A DNA stretch of 64,000 nt from Peribolospora baueri (Eukaryota): assembly GCA_029717555.1 (NCBI GenBank), contig JAMDHS010000052.1, forward strand, positions 1-64,000. The letters run 5' to 3'. The position numbers were made by a program, and so were the translations under genes. The notes beneath the pieces were generated by a model, which was not told the origin of the DNA, did no database searches, and saw nothing but the letters and a program-made list of their open reading frames with translations. Shown piece after piece: positions 36,764 to 48,443 of this stretch (position 1 is the stretch's first letter; each line of letters starts with the position of its first letter).

Positions 36764-38805
36764 TCATTGTCTGGGCGCCGGCATGGAATACCTCTCTCTC
36801 AAGTTCTTTCCAAAGAAAAGAAGAGGAAGAATGGTAAGGAACCAGATACCAGCGACGACGGCTCCCTCGCAACCAAACGTCTGTAGTGGACCGTTGCGTT
36901 CTGCCCAAATGACTTGAAAGTAAGGAATGGCGAATCCGCACATGGTACGGAAGAGGTTTACCAATGCCGACACTTCTCCTTCTCGACCCGGAAAGTTGAT
37001 GCCGTTGTAGGTGTAGATGCAGGCCATTATGACCATGGACGATACTTGGACTAGTCCCCAGCCGAAGATGACACCTGCGATTGAGGCGTGGTGCTGGTTG
37101 GTGTAGCCGAAGATGGTGATCCCAAGGACGTAGACCGGCATCGCTACGGCCTAGACGACACCGGCGAGGCGAACAGGCAGCGTGAGATGAGCGAACGACA
37201 GAGGCAAAGGACAACGCCGGGGCGTACTCACTGTCATGTAAAGGAGCACCTCCGTCTCGAGCACTCCATCATTCCGCTTGACAAAATAGTCCTGCACCTT
37301 GCGGTTGAGCCACCGGCCAGCGATCTCTCCGATGATGGTGCCAACGATGGGCGTTAGATAGACGGCGGAGATGCTGTCCTGGCTATAGCCGTATCCGAGT
37401 GGCCTGGGGGTGCCGAGGAAGACGGCGTTGGTGACATTGACTGGTGTGCGGAGGAGGGAGGTCAGACGGAAAGCAAGGAGGAAACGAGCAAAGAGGGCGA
37501 CTACTCACTTCCGATGGTAAAGCCAAAGGAAATGCTAAGGAAAGCGAGGGACAAGAACATATGAGGCCGGATGAAAACGCGAAAGACGGCGGTAAAGGCC
37601 TCGGACCAAGAGACACGGTATTTTCGCATCTTCCACCCTGTCGCGCCTAGGAGGGTTTCGATGCGGTAACGGAGGCCGGTGGTGGGACGCTTAGGAACGG
37701 GGTTCAGGTGTCGGTCGTACTGGCGGGGTTGAAAAACGGAAGGGTCGGTTGGCTTGGCTTAGCTTATGCAGATGGGGATGAAAGCGACGCACGCTCGACT
37801 CACCATGGTTTCCTCCATAAAGAAAACAATGAGAAGCAAGACGATAGCCTCGTAAAAGGTTCCGACGGCGTAGGCCCACCGCCAAGACTGCCTAGCGACG
37901 AGGAAGCCAAGGAGAAAGGGGGAGACGAAGGGGGAGACGATGAAACCGAAGGTCCAAGTTGCTACTTTTGCCTGCTGGCGGTGGACGGGATAGAGATCCA
38001 TGACGCTGGTGAAAGGGAAGGATGCGGGGGGTGAGGGCGGAACACAGAGGGGCAAGGCGGAAGGACGACACTCACGTGTAGAGGCCAGTGACTTGGGGGA
38101 CGGTGGAGAAGAAGGACTGAAGGCATCTCATGGCGGCAAAGGTGTTGAGATCGGGAGCGAGAGTACAACCAATGAGAAAGCCGGTACCGATGAGCTGACT
38201 CCAAAAGAGAAGAGGCAAACGACCAAGTTTGCGGATGAGCATGACGGCGACGAGACCTCCGTAGCCGAGTAGGAAGATGCTCCAGTTGGACGTGAGGTTG
38301 TTGATGACGCCGGTGGTGGTGTGGTACTCCTTTGCGAGAGCGAAGAGGGAAGCGATTCCGATGCCAGAGGAAAAATCGGGAACGAAAGCGGCGAGGATGG
38401 AGATGGCGAGGAGAAGGCTCTTCTTACGTTCAGACCACTGTGTGAAAGGGGGAAGAAGGGAGAAAGGGTGAGAGGAGGGAGACAGCGAAGGAGGCTTGTC
38501 AAACGAACGTTTTGGGGATCCTCTGGACTGTCGGTCGGTTGGGGCCAAAGGACAATCTTGCGGTCCTTGGTGAGCTTGAGCTTGCTGGCTACGTCGTCGC
38601 CATACTCGCGCCTAGCCTCGTCCGGGTCGAGAACGAATCGGCCGGCTCGGGTCTCCTTGTGTCCGTGAGCGGCAGCAGCGAGGGCAAGCTGGTTGGTGAG
38701 CGTGTAGTCGAGGGGCTCGAAGGCGGGCTTGGTCTGGGCGGTGGCTTCGACGTCGGCGTCGTGGCCGGCACGGACATTGGACTTTTCGGAGTGGTCGGAT
38801 GCCAT
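36764..38805 (-). CDS. MFS transporter (DHA1-like), multi-exon
   Basis: LWPQPTDSPEDPQN-WS..KK, KLGRLP, SPFVSPFLLG...SWRWAY, FFMEET and multiple TM helices. Confidence 0.9.
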
Positions 38806-39685
38806 GTCTGGGTGAGCGGCAGCCGTGGACGGGGTGGCCGGTGGAGAAGGAGAGAGGGGGGAGGGAGATGGAGGGCGGGGACGGGGGCGAGAAGGGAGGT
38901 GGGGGAGGGTGACCTTTTATTTTCTTTCATTCTCACAGTCGTTGTCACTGTCACTGCTACTCTCCCTCCATAGTCGATGTGCAAACGAGGAAGAGACGGT
39001 GTTTCTCGTGCGTCGCCGCGCTGCGCCTACGGTGGTCCCGTTATGCGGTCGTGGCGGAAGACAAGTGGGGATGGGACAGAAAAACGACGGACGGAAATCG
39101 GACCGAGCGAGCGGAACTGGACCTGCGTCTGCGAGCGAACGGCTGAGAGCGGGGCCTGGATTGATGGATTGATTGATACCGTGGACGGGGCGTTGGTGTG
39201 CAAACACCAGAGACAAGAAACGGGGGCAAAGCAGTTTAAGCGGTACCTTACCTTCCATCCGTCCATCATCCCTCATCCGCCCAGCCCAGTGTCAAGCCTC
39301 GTCGGTCAAGCCAAGCCAGCTCGCGGAGCCCCGCATCGTCGTTGGACTGTTCCTCGATCTGCCCTGTCATCAGCGCGCCAGCCTTGCCTCGCTAGTGCAC
39401 CTGCCAGCCACGCGCTTCCCAGTCAAGGACGGCCAGCAGACCTCGCCAAGCCCGACAACGAGATGTGTACAGTATCGTATGTACGCCAGCCACCACGCAG
39501 CCCTTCTACATTTTTTTTTCTTGCCATCCATTCACGCAGCGCACCGACAAGCCATTAATGCAGGATCAACCGTTCTGCCTGTCTACGACGAGACCCCGCT
39601 CGCGGCTCACGGCTCAACACCTCAACCACCCATCTCAGCATGGAATGCAAACACAGAGCAAACGGCCGGCTAAGACGGCCTGCTT

Positions 39686-40160
39686 GTGCACCCACAAGCC
39701 TTATTACCCCACCTCCTGCCAAGCTGCAGTGGACGGTTACTGCTTCATTTGTGCTCAAGGTATCATCTTCGTGAATCGGCGAGTGGACAACAAACGTATC
39801 TCATTAGGTGTCCGTCTGCAACTGGGGCTATCACAATGGATGCCATCCAGCGTATTTTCGGAGCCGCAAAGAAAAATTTCAAGGTCCTCAAGCGAGGCTC
39901 GGAGGATCCGGTCGAGACTCAAGCCCGCTTCATTCGTGCGCAAGGTATCATCTTCGTCAATGGGCGAGTGTACAACAAACGTATGTCATTAGGTGTCCGT
40001 CTGTAGTTGGGACTATCACAATGCATGCCATCGAGCGTATTCTCGGAGCAAAGAAAAACTTCAAGGTCCTCAAGCGAGACTCGGAGTATCCGGTCGATAC
40101 TCAAGCCCGCTTCATTCGTGTTCACTGTGCGCTATACAACTTCATCCGTGACGGCGGCCC
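39686..40160 (+). pseudogene. Harbinger transposase C-terminal remnant with a ~186-bp tandem duplication
   Basis: RYHLRE/RYHLRQW and AIERILG-KKNFKVLK...YPVDTQARFIRVHCALYNFIR; the segment occurs twice. Confidence 0.8.
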
Positions 40161-40316
40161 GCTTTGTCCGCATGCTTTGAAATCAATGAGACTCCTCTTC
40201 CTTTCGATTCTTCCTTCTTTCCTCTGCCTGAAAGAGGTGTGATATACCCTACAACCTGGACGAAGATAGCGAGATTGAGGACGGCAGGAACGACATGCCG
40301 GCCGGCAGCTCAGAGC

Positions 40317-41570
40317 TCACGGCCGGCCCCTTGTTTCCTTGCGATTTGAACCACTATCCAAAAGAGAATTGAGCCAAGCTCGACGCTGTTCGGGCATATC
40401 AGCCAAGTACAGGAATGTGTCCGCCGCCGTGCGGTCCTGGCGGATAATATCGCCGATACGAACGAAGGTCTCTGGAGATAAGTCCTCCATGGCACTCAAA
40501 GCAGTAAGTGCTACACGCCTCTGCACGGTCCTAGGCGACACAGGCGAGCTGGTAGTGGAACTCTGAGGTTCGCTCGCCATATCTGCCTCGAGGATGTCGA
40601 CGACTCGGCTGAGTGTAGAGGACATTCTTTCAATCGCTGCGGCTACCGACGTCGGAGTCCTTTTTGAAGCCGTGCGAGGCAAAGGCATGGAAGGAGGGCG
40701 CTTGCTGCTGTTCCGGCGTGTTGGAGTCGGAGAGTTGATGGCAAATGGGTCCTCCTATAATGGATACGAAATGTTAAGCAACGCTTCAGCTCCATGTCTT
40801 CTTATGCGAAGCGAAAAATGAGCACTTACCTCGAGGGAACTCTCATCCGTCATATCGAAGCTCTCCTCGTCCTCTGGCGACGCCTCCGGACTCAGATTGG
40901 ACATTGCAGATTCGCTGTCGAATTCACCGCTTGCCGTGGAGTTCCTGCCGGATAAACCAGTCGCCGTGGAGTCCCTGTCGACACTAGTTGCCGTGGAGTT
41001 CCTGTCGAATTCACCAGTCGCCGTGGAGTTTAAGAAACACAACTCATTCTCTTGTCATACAGTGGGAACGGTGTACGATAATAATTCTTCTATTCTTTAT
41101 GTATCTGCATGTGAATGAGCATGTCCGAAGCACATCCACTCGTCAGCCTGGATGCACACATGCCGCTGAAGAGAAAAACAGAAACGCTCACCTTTAGCAT
41201 GCTTTCCCAGATCTCTGGCTCGGCCTTACACAGAGACTGCACCTCATCCCACCCCATCCCTGACGTCTCCCTCATCTGCTTGACCACCTTCCACTGCTTC
41301 TTCAGCTGTGAACACACAGTATGAATGGAACGAAGGAAATGAAAAGAACGCCCTGACAAAGCCAAAGCTCCCAACCCTCTAACCGCCCACAAACAGCAAC
41401 GAGAGGAAATGATCACTCACACCATCCACTAACCAAGGCCTGAGCTCCCGTGCAATGTCCTTGAACCCATCCTCTGACATGAGCCCTTCCGCCTTCTTCT
41501 GGAGGCAGATGTCAACGAGCGCTTCGACGTCCGCCGTCGAAGCCGTCCAGTTGACTTTTACGCGCGCGTA
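40317..41570 (-). pseudogene. Myb/SANT-like DNA-binding ORF of Harbinger
   Basis: VNWTASTADVEALVD...GFK and LKKQWKVVKQMRETSGMGWD...EIWE; ~30-bp repeats (NSTATGEFDR) at 40915-41030. Confidence 0.75.
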
Positions 41571-42192
41571 TCCTTGCTATTGCGGGCTCTTTGCAAAAGT
41601 CCGGCCGATACCTGAGTGTTCTGAGTCCTCAGAGTGTTCTGAGCGGGTTGCGAGGGCAAGAGGCTGGGCGCTCAGATTGCAAGCGCGGAGACAGTGGCGG
41701 ACGTGTAAAGGGGCTGGGGGGTGAGGGAGTAAAGGAATTGGCACATGGATGACCGCCCATATCCGAAAATTGAAATGCAAGAGGAGGAAGGAAAGTGAGA
41801 GTGTGAAAAAGGTAGAGATGGGATGGAGGCAGGAGACGATGTGGACGAGTCGCGACGCGAGGGGCTGAGGGGATGAAATCAGATTTGCAGCAATAACTCG
41901 TGTTTTGGAATAATCGGTTGCCGAACGGCACCTGAGCTCAAGGTGCTTAGTACAATGCACGTGACCCTCTTTGGTCGCGATTATGTAAGATCATGTGAGG
42001 GGCTACCCTACCCCACACCCAAGCTTGGCATTATCCCCCGTCATCACCTGTCCGTCGACGGCCCTTTCCCCCCACCTCCATGCTCGACGCGATGCTCTTT
42101 CCCATACCCGCTCTGCTTGTTCTCCTTACTGGAAATCAAGCAGAGTGAGTTGAAGCGGCGAGCATCGTGTCCTCTTCTCACTGTCTTGCACG

Positions 42193-42193
42193 T

Positions 42194-42225
<32 letters not shown>
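42193..42225. repeat. (CCG)n microsatellite upstream of the FAM72-like gene
   Basis: About 10 consecutive CCG units. Confidence 0.9.
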
Positions 42226-42343
42226 TCTTTCCCAACTCGCCTCGCTCATCTTCGAACCTCACTCGTGGGCGGGATCAGTCCCAGCTGTTCCTGCGCGCTA
42301 CCGTCTCTTTTGCCATTCTTCTTATCGACAACTTGTTGCATAA

Positions 42344-44861
42344 ATGGCATCATCTGCAGCCCTCCAGAGACCTTTCGTCTCTTACGCCGCTGCCCTACGC
42401 GAGGGCTCCTCTTCTCCGTCCACCCGGCAGATGACGCCTATTCCCCCTTCACCGGGCAGCACCTCATCTGACTCGTCAGGTCCCAGAGAAAGTAACATCA
42501 CGTCTTACGCGGCTACCAGCATCGCGCCCTCGCACGACTTTCCTCCCTTGGGCAGCCCAAGTCTTCCGACTCCCTCGCGTTCTCTGTCCTCCGTCTCCTT
42601 GGATCCCTCGGCTCCCGTGCGGGATAATACGGCCCTGGCAGTCCCCCATTCACACTCCCTTACAATATCGTCAGTAGACGAGCAAGAACAACGTTTTTCT
42701 TGGGCCGAAGGCCGCACAGGCTGGTCCGGTCCCGATGAAGAGGCGGAGTGGAGCGTAGACGTAACTGACGCGGCCGATTCACTCGATCCACGGATCGCCG
42801 GATACGCGGAGGCGGAGGAACGAGCAGCGGAGGGCGACGACGAGCAGGAGGAGGTCGACGAACAGCCGGCTGGGTCGGATGGCGAATGTGTCTCCGGCCG
42901 CCTCGATTTCGACGATCGGACCGTCTTCCAACTCCGCTGTCGCGGGGGCGGTCAGTCACTGCCCTCCCATCCACCGCGACACAGTCCCTCGACGTCGTTG
43001 TGCCAACACGGATCCAGTCGAGCGTCCTCGTTGGCGACACTTGAAGACGTTGAGCCCCCGCATAGAGTGCGCCCTCCCAGCATCGGCGGGTGTGGGGCCC
43101 TGCTCACCTGGAGGGCCATGCCAGCCTCGTTCCTCTGGCCGCCGGTGCCGTGCGCCAACCTCGCGTCTACCAGCGTGCCGACCACCCTTACGCAAACAAG
43201 CGTGTTTCACGATTTGGTCCACTTCGACTTGGGTGCCAGACAACGCGATCACGATTCGGATGACGACTCCACGGCTCCGCATCACATGGGCGCGCCCAGT
43301 GAGAGCGACCATCTTTCGTCCTGTGGCCTGAATGGAAACCAAGATGGAGACGATCTAGCGAGCGACGACGACGACGACGAAGAGGAGACCATCGAGAAAG
43401 TCCCTTTTCCAATCTTAACTCTGGATGGCGGACCTTCCGTGCCTCGGGGCACGTTCCACGGCCCGTCTGGACGCCCTCCACCACAGTTCCAACTCACCGA
43501 TTTCGGAACGGCGACCATCGCCAGCGGCGATCCGTCCCAAGCACTGCCATCCGACGTTCAGGCAGAGCTTCGAGGCTCGACACTTTTCTCCTCCGACGCA
43601 CCGCCCTTGGATACTGTCGCGCCTCTCCTCGGAGACTTTGACGAACAATGGGTTACCGACACTACTAGCTGGGACAGATGTCCGCATCCTCGGAGAGCCA
43701 ACTTGGCCGGGAGGGGGCTGGCCGTCGGCTCCTCGGCCGCTTCTTCCGCGCGTCAGGATACCAATCCACCGCTTCACAGAGGATCGCATCTCCTCTTTGT
43801 ACCTATTTCCAATGTCCAGGACGTCCAAGCGCGGTCCGCCTCAGTCCTCCGTCGATCTCGGCGGTTTCGGTACGGGCATCCTCAATCGGCTACTTTGAGC
43901 GACCCGCCTTCGGGCGTCCATACTCCTTTCTGGGCGTATCTGTCGTCAGCTACCGCTCGAGGGGATATTCTCAGTCCATACGCTGCGGAGCGGCCAAGCG
44001 ACGTTCACACTGTGGACGTCAACGCTGGCAACGCCACGGCCGGAGAGCAAGGTGGGGAGGCGAGCGCGAACGCGGAGGGCGAGTCGCGGTCTGTGGAGGA
44101 AGGATGCGGCAAAACGGGGTGCCGATGTGTGATGGTGGACATGGGATGTCGCGAATGGTGAGCCGCGTCGATCGTATATGCCGCTGTGACTATGACCGTG
44201 ATGTCGTCCCGCTGATCGCCATCGGTTCGTGCCGTGGAAATTTGGGTGCACTCGTAGCGGCAATGTCGTCGGGTATCACATTCTCCGGCCCTGCGAGAGC
44301 TGTCTCAGTGGCGACAACAACGGCCATCACTTCATCTTCCGTTCCGAGGCCGTATACGCGACCCCTCGAGAGAGCGCTGGCGACGAGGAGCGAGTGCCGC
44401 AGAGCGCGGTTTTCTTCGGTCCGCCAAGGGTCACGGTGCGCCGGATCGGGTCGCCCGTGGACGTGACGAGCTGTGGGTCCGGCGACAAAGGGCGAGGGGA
44501 ACGACGACTGCTCAAGTGGAGGAACATCCCGTCCTTGCAAGACGACCTGAGAGACGGAAAGGTTGGTGACGTGCTTCGGTGGGTCGGACAGGTGGGCGGT
44601 GAGGAGGACGGATGGGGGGTGGATGAGAAGGGCTGGATGGGAGGCTGGATCCCGAGCGAGAGGGGTGGTGCGCATTCTCTGTCCGACGACGAGGACGACG
44701 ACGGCGGCGGGGAAGAAGAAGAAGACCGGCTTGTCCGAGCGATGGAGCGCCTGGAGAGTGCTGGCCTTTTGCCCCAAACTCCCCCTCGACGCGTCGAGCA
44801 TCACGCTTTCGTGCCCCGATACGTCGCCAGACGCCGGGCGGGCGGCGGCCGTTCGGGGTAG
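42344..44861 (+). CDS. FAM72-like (yippee-fold) protein with long low-complexity insertions; intron 44158-44257
   Basis: Ordered blocks FDDRTVFQLRC, CGALLTWRAM, LFSSDAPP, CRCVMVDMGCRE^CGNVVGYHILRPCESCLSGDNNGHHFIFRSEAV and LLKWRNIP match the FAM72 consensus. Confidence 0.85.
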
Positions 44862-46536
44862 CCAGTAATCCTCGGGCGTGCGACCTCTCGCCTAGCTTTG
44901 TAGCTCTCTGGCTGACATGTGTCCATGTACGCCTGGTTACGTCTGTCTGCATGTACGACGCGCTTCCTTCCTTCCTTCCGTCCTTCCTTCCTTTTATGTA
45001 TTCCTTCTCCTTGGCACAACCCCGTTTAGCTTGCGGCCCGACGTGCCGGTTGTACTCCTCTTCGCCCTGTCTGGTCGATGAACGATAATGTACTGGACGA
45101 CGTCGATTTTGGTCGATTCGGATTTCCTCCTCGCTCGTCCTCGTAAGGACGAGGACGGAGAACGTGATACGTGTCGTCACGCGACCATGCTCTCATGTAT
45201 ATATAGCCATCCTTTGCACGGGCGTACGAGACGACGAGGCGAAGGCGGTGTGGCGAAGCATCGGTACTGTATGTATGCATGGTGGCTCAGTCAGGAGACG
45301 TGATTCGATGACGCTGGGAGACGGCACACGCGCGAGACTTCCAGTCTCCTTTATCCTGTAGCGCCCATCCATCCCTGTCATTCTTGGTCGCACACCTGCA
45401 GTCAGAGAAGATGTCGGCAAAACTGCGTTTTTTTCTGCAAAGCGTTCGTTCAGGACAGGAGGACGGACGGGTAGGCAAAAGCGGTGAAGAGTCACACCTG
45501 ACGAAGTGAAGGGGACCCAGACAGGAGAGCGGACGACGTTGGTGCATGGTATTCACTATCAGCCGCTTCTTTATGCCGTGTACGGAAGTAAAGCATCCTA
45601 AAGGGCACAAAAGCGGGGACGGGGACGTGCGCTTTAAAGGGCGAACGAACGACGATGAGAGATGTGAACGGGCGGCGCAACCATGATCGGGACGGGTTCA
45701 ACGGCGGTGCAACTATCCGAGCGAGGGTAGACGATTGCCGGCAAGTCCGTGCGAGTCGTGCCGAATCGTGTCGTGTCGTCTGTCTGGTGCCGACACGTGC
45801 CTCCACCGCGGGTGGTTCCACCTCCACCGTCCTTCTTTCTTCTTTCTTTCGCCTCCGTGATCGGCGACGACGCGATCAATATGACGAGCGAGTTTATCCG
45901 ACGGCCGGGATGGGAAGGGAAGTGGGCATGGAATACGGGAGGGTTAGAAGCGGACCGAGTGAGTGATCGTGCTCGACTCGACTCGTCCGACACCAGGCAG
46001 TCCACCGAATGTCGCGAAGCAGCTCTCAACGCGCCGGCGGCTCGACGTGGGTGGGATCCATGCGCAGCATTAGGACGCGGTAAAAGTAAAAAGTACACGG
46101 GTGCTAGCATACATACGGACATAATGCAAGCCTGTCTCACTCGTGAGCGCTGCGGCCGGTCACTCGACGGCTCTGGCGGTTGCACGTGATGCCCGGAAGC
46201 CCCACTTGCTCGATATTCAAGTCACTCCTTTCTTCAATTCCAATTCAATCAATCCCCCCCCCGTCCCTCACCACTCACTACGTCCCCTCCCGCACCGCTC
46301 CGCCTGCCAGTCCACCCTTCTTCTTCTTCCAGGACGAGAACCGAGAACGGTGACGACGGCCACGGCGATCGGACGGACGGCGACGGTCACCGCCACCGCC
46401 AAGACCACGACCACCACCACCATCACGACCACCACCACGACCCGGCCCACGACCAAGCCACCACGGCCACCGTCCTCCCTTCTCCCTAACCCTCTCGCAC
46501 GCCCCTTGACGACCTTACGACCGTCCTGCTCCCGTT

Positions 46537-46583
46537 CTCGCTCCCGTCCTCGCTCCCGTCCTCGCTCCCGTCCTCGCTCCCGT
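46537..46583. repeat. 12-bp tandem repeat (CTCGCTCCCGTC) x ~4
   Basis: Directly visible, upstream of the PH-domain gene. Confidence 0.85.
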
Positions 46584-46758
46584 CTCCTTCCTTCCCCCAA
46601 TCGCCCTCCCCATCTCGCTCTAAAAGGCGCCGACAGGCCACATCGACCTCGTCTCGCCTTCGTCCGGTCCTTCTTAAATCCCTCCCCGGCCGCTCTCGCT
46701 CTCCTCTGTTTCTCCCATCCATCCGGGCCACCTCTTTCGCGCGCCAGCGAATGCGGTC

Positions 46759-48396
46759 ATGCCTCTCCTCCGTCGGTCGCGAGGCGAGCTCGCCCCGCGC
46801 AAGCCCCTCACCATCGACGTCGACCCGCCTCCCAAGCTGAGCGACCGCAATATCGCCCGCTCCCGAGCCCCCACCTCTGCGCCCGCCGAGCCATCGGCCG
46901 ACCGCCCTTCGCTCTCCGAGCACAGCAGCGACGGAGAGGTCTTCAGGACACCGATGACGGCCACCTTTGCCTTCAGGGACTCGGACACCGACACCGCCGG
47001 GTCTGCCGGGTCCGCCGGGTCCGGCCTTGGCAGATGGAGTGTGTCCAGCTTGAGCGGCGACAGCGCGCATGACCACGAGCGCGACCGTCAGCGCCAGCGC
47101 GACCACGGTTTCCCCGCGTGCCCCGCTCAGACCAGCCCCACCACCTCCCTTCCCACCCCGACCTCCGCCACCGCCCCTCGTCCTCGCCCTCCCGACGACA
47201 CGGCGGCCGCTGAAAGGATGCCTCGCCGCCGCGAGACCGGCGACTTGCCTTCTGACCCCTCCACACCGACGCCCATTCAGCTCACCCACATCTCCTCCTA
47301 CCAGGGCAAGGACGGATACGGCGGCGACTTTCATGGCCATGGCGACGGCGAGTATTTCATTAACCCGTCTTCCAGCACCGCCGTCTCGCCTGCTCCTCCT
47401 CCCTTCCCACCAACCTTCTTCCTCTCGGCCGAACCAGGAACTACGTCGACCCTCGAGGCGCCGGCTGAATATCGACAGAGAAACTCGCGGAGCGCTTCGT
47501 CATCCCCTCCCCTCGCCAGCTTCGCTTCTCCTCGACCCCTCTCCTCCATCGCTGCCTTGCCGTCACCGGTCCAGTTCGAGTTCGAGTCCCACTCGCCCCC
47601 CGCCTCCCCTCAACCCCGGCCGCAGCAGGGCCGAGCGGCCGTGCCCGCCTGGCAGAGGTACTCGAGCGCTTCTGACTTCGCGAGGGAGAGTAGCAAGGAC
47701 GACCTTGCCGACGCGTTCCAGCACGATCTCGATGGTCCGACGGCAACGGACGGCTCCAGAGAGGTTTCTGATACGTCCGCTCTCTCGTCCGGGAGGACCT
47801 CGATCGATCGCAGCAGAGGCCCGCCTTCTCCCCTAAGCTTAGGCTTGTTCTCCTCGCCCAGTTCCAGCGGGTCTTCCGTGTTTCCAGTAGTCCCAGTCAT
47901 GGAGGAGAAGCGTCTTACACCGAGCGACTCTCACTGGTCCGGTTCCAGGTCGCGCACGCCCATGTTCGAGACGCCTGTCATCCTTCCGCGATCTGCTTCC
48001 TTCTCCAAGGGCAAGGACAACTCGGAAAGCCTTCGGATGGCGGACACGGCGAGTGCCACGGGGAGAGAACAGGGGCCAGCCGAGTCGGTCACCCCGGCTG
48101 GGAACGCCAAAGGCAAAGAACGAGAGACCGACTACGCTTCGGCCCCTTCCCTTCTGCAGTCCAGCACCACCTCTTCTCCCTCTTCACCACCCTCGTCCCT
48201 GGACAATCAGCCGCCTTCCGGGCATACCCTTTCGCACGGCTCCCTCATCTCGCCCGCCTTGCGCAGCTCGCCCTCCCTCCCCACCAACGATGCCAACAAC
48301 AGCCCTGGTTTGCCCTCTCATTCGCCCGGAGTCGGCGCGGCACCGCCTCCCCTTAATCGTTCTCCCTCAGTGCGCAGCGCCCGCTCCGATTGGAGT

Positions 48397-48443
<47 letters not shown>

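Larger units (their letters stand above)
39686..41932. mobile_element. Degenerate PIF/Harbinger DNA transposon
   Basis: Convergent DDE transposase remnant (+) and Myb/SANT-like ORF (-); candidate terminus ...CCGAACGGCACC followed by TGA at 41932. Confidence 0.8.

Noticed and set aside
46143..47072. 309-aa Thr/Arg/Pro-rich ORF
   Set aside because: Generated by simple repeats upstream of, and out of frame with, the PH-domain gene.
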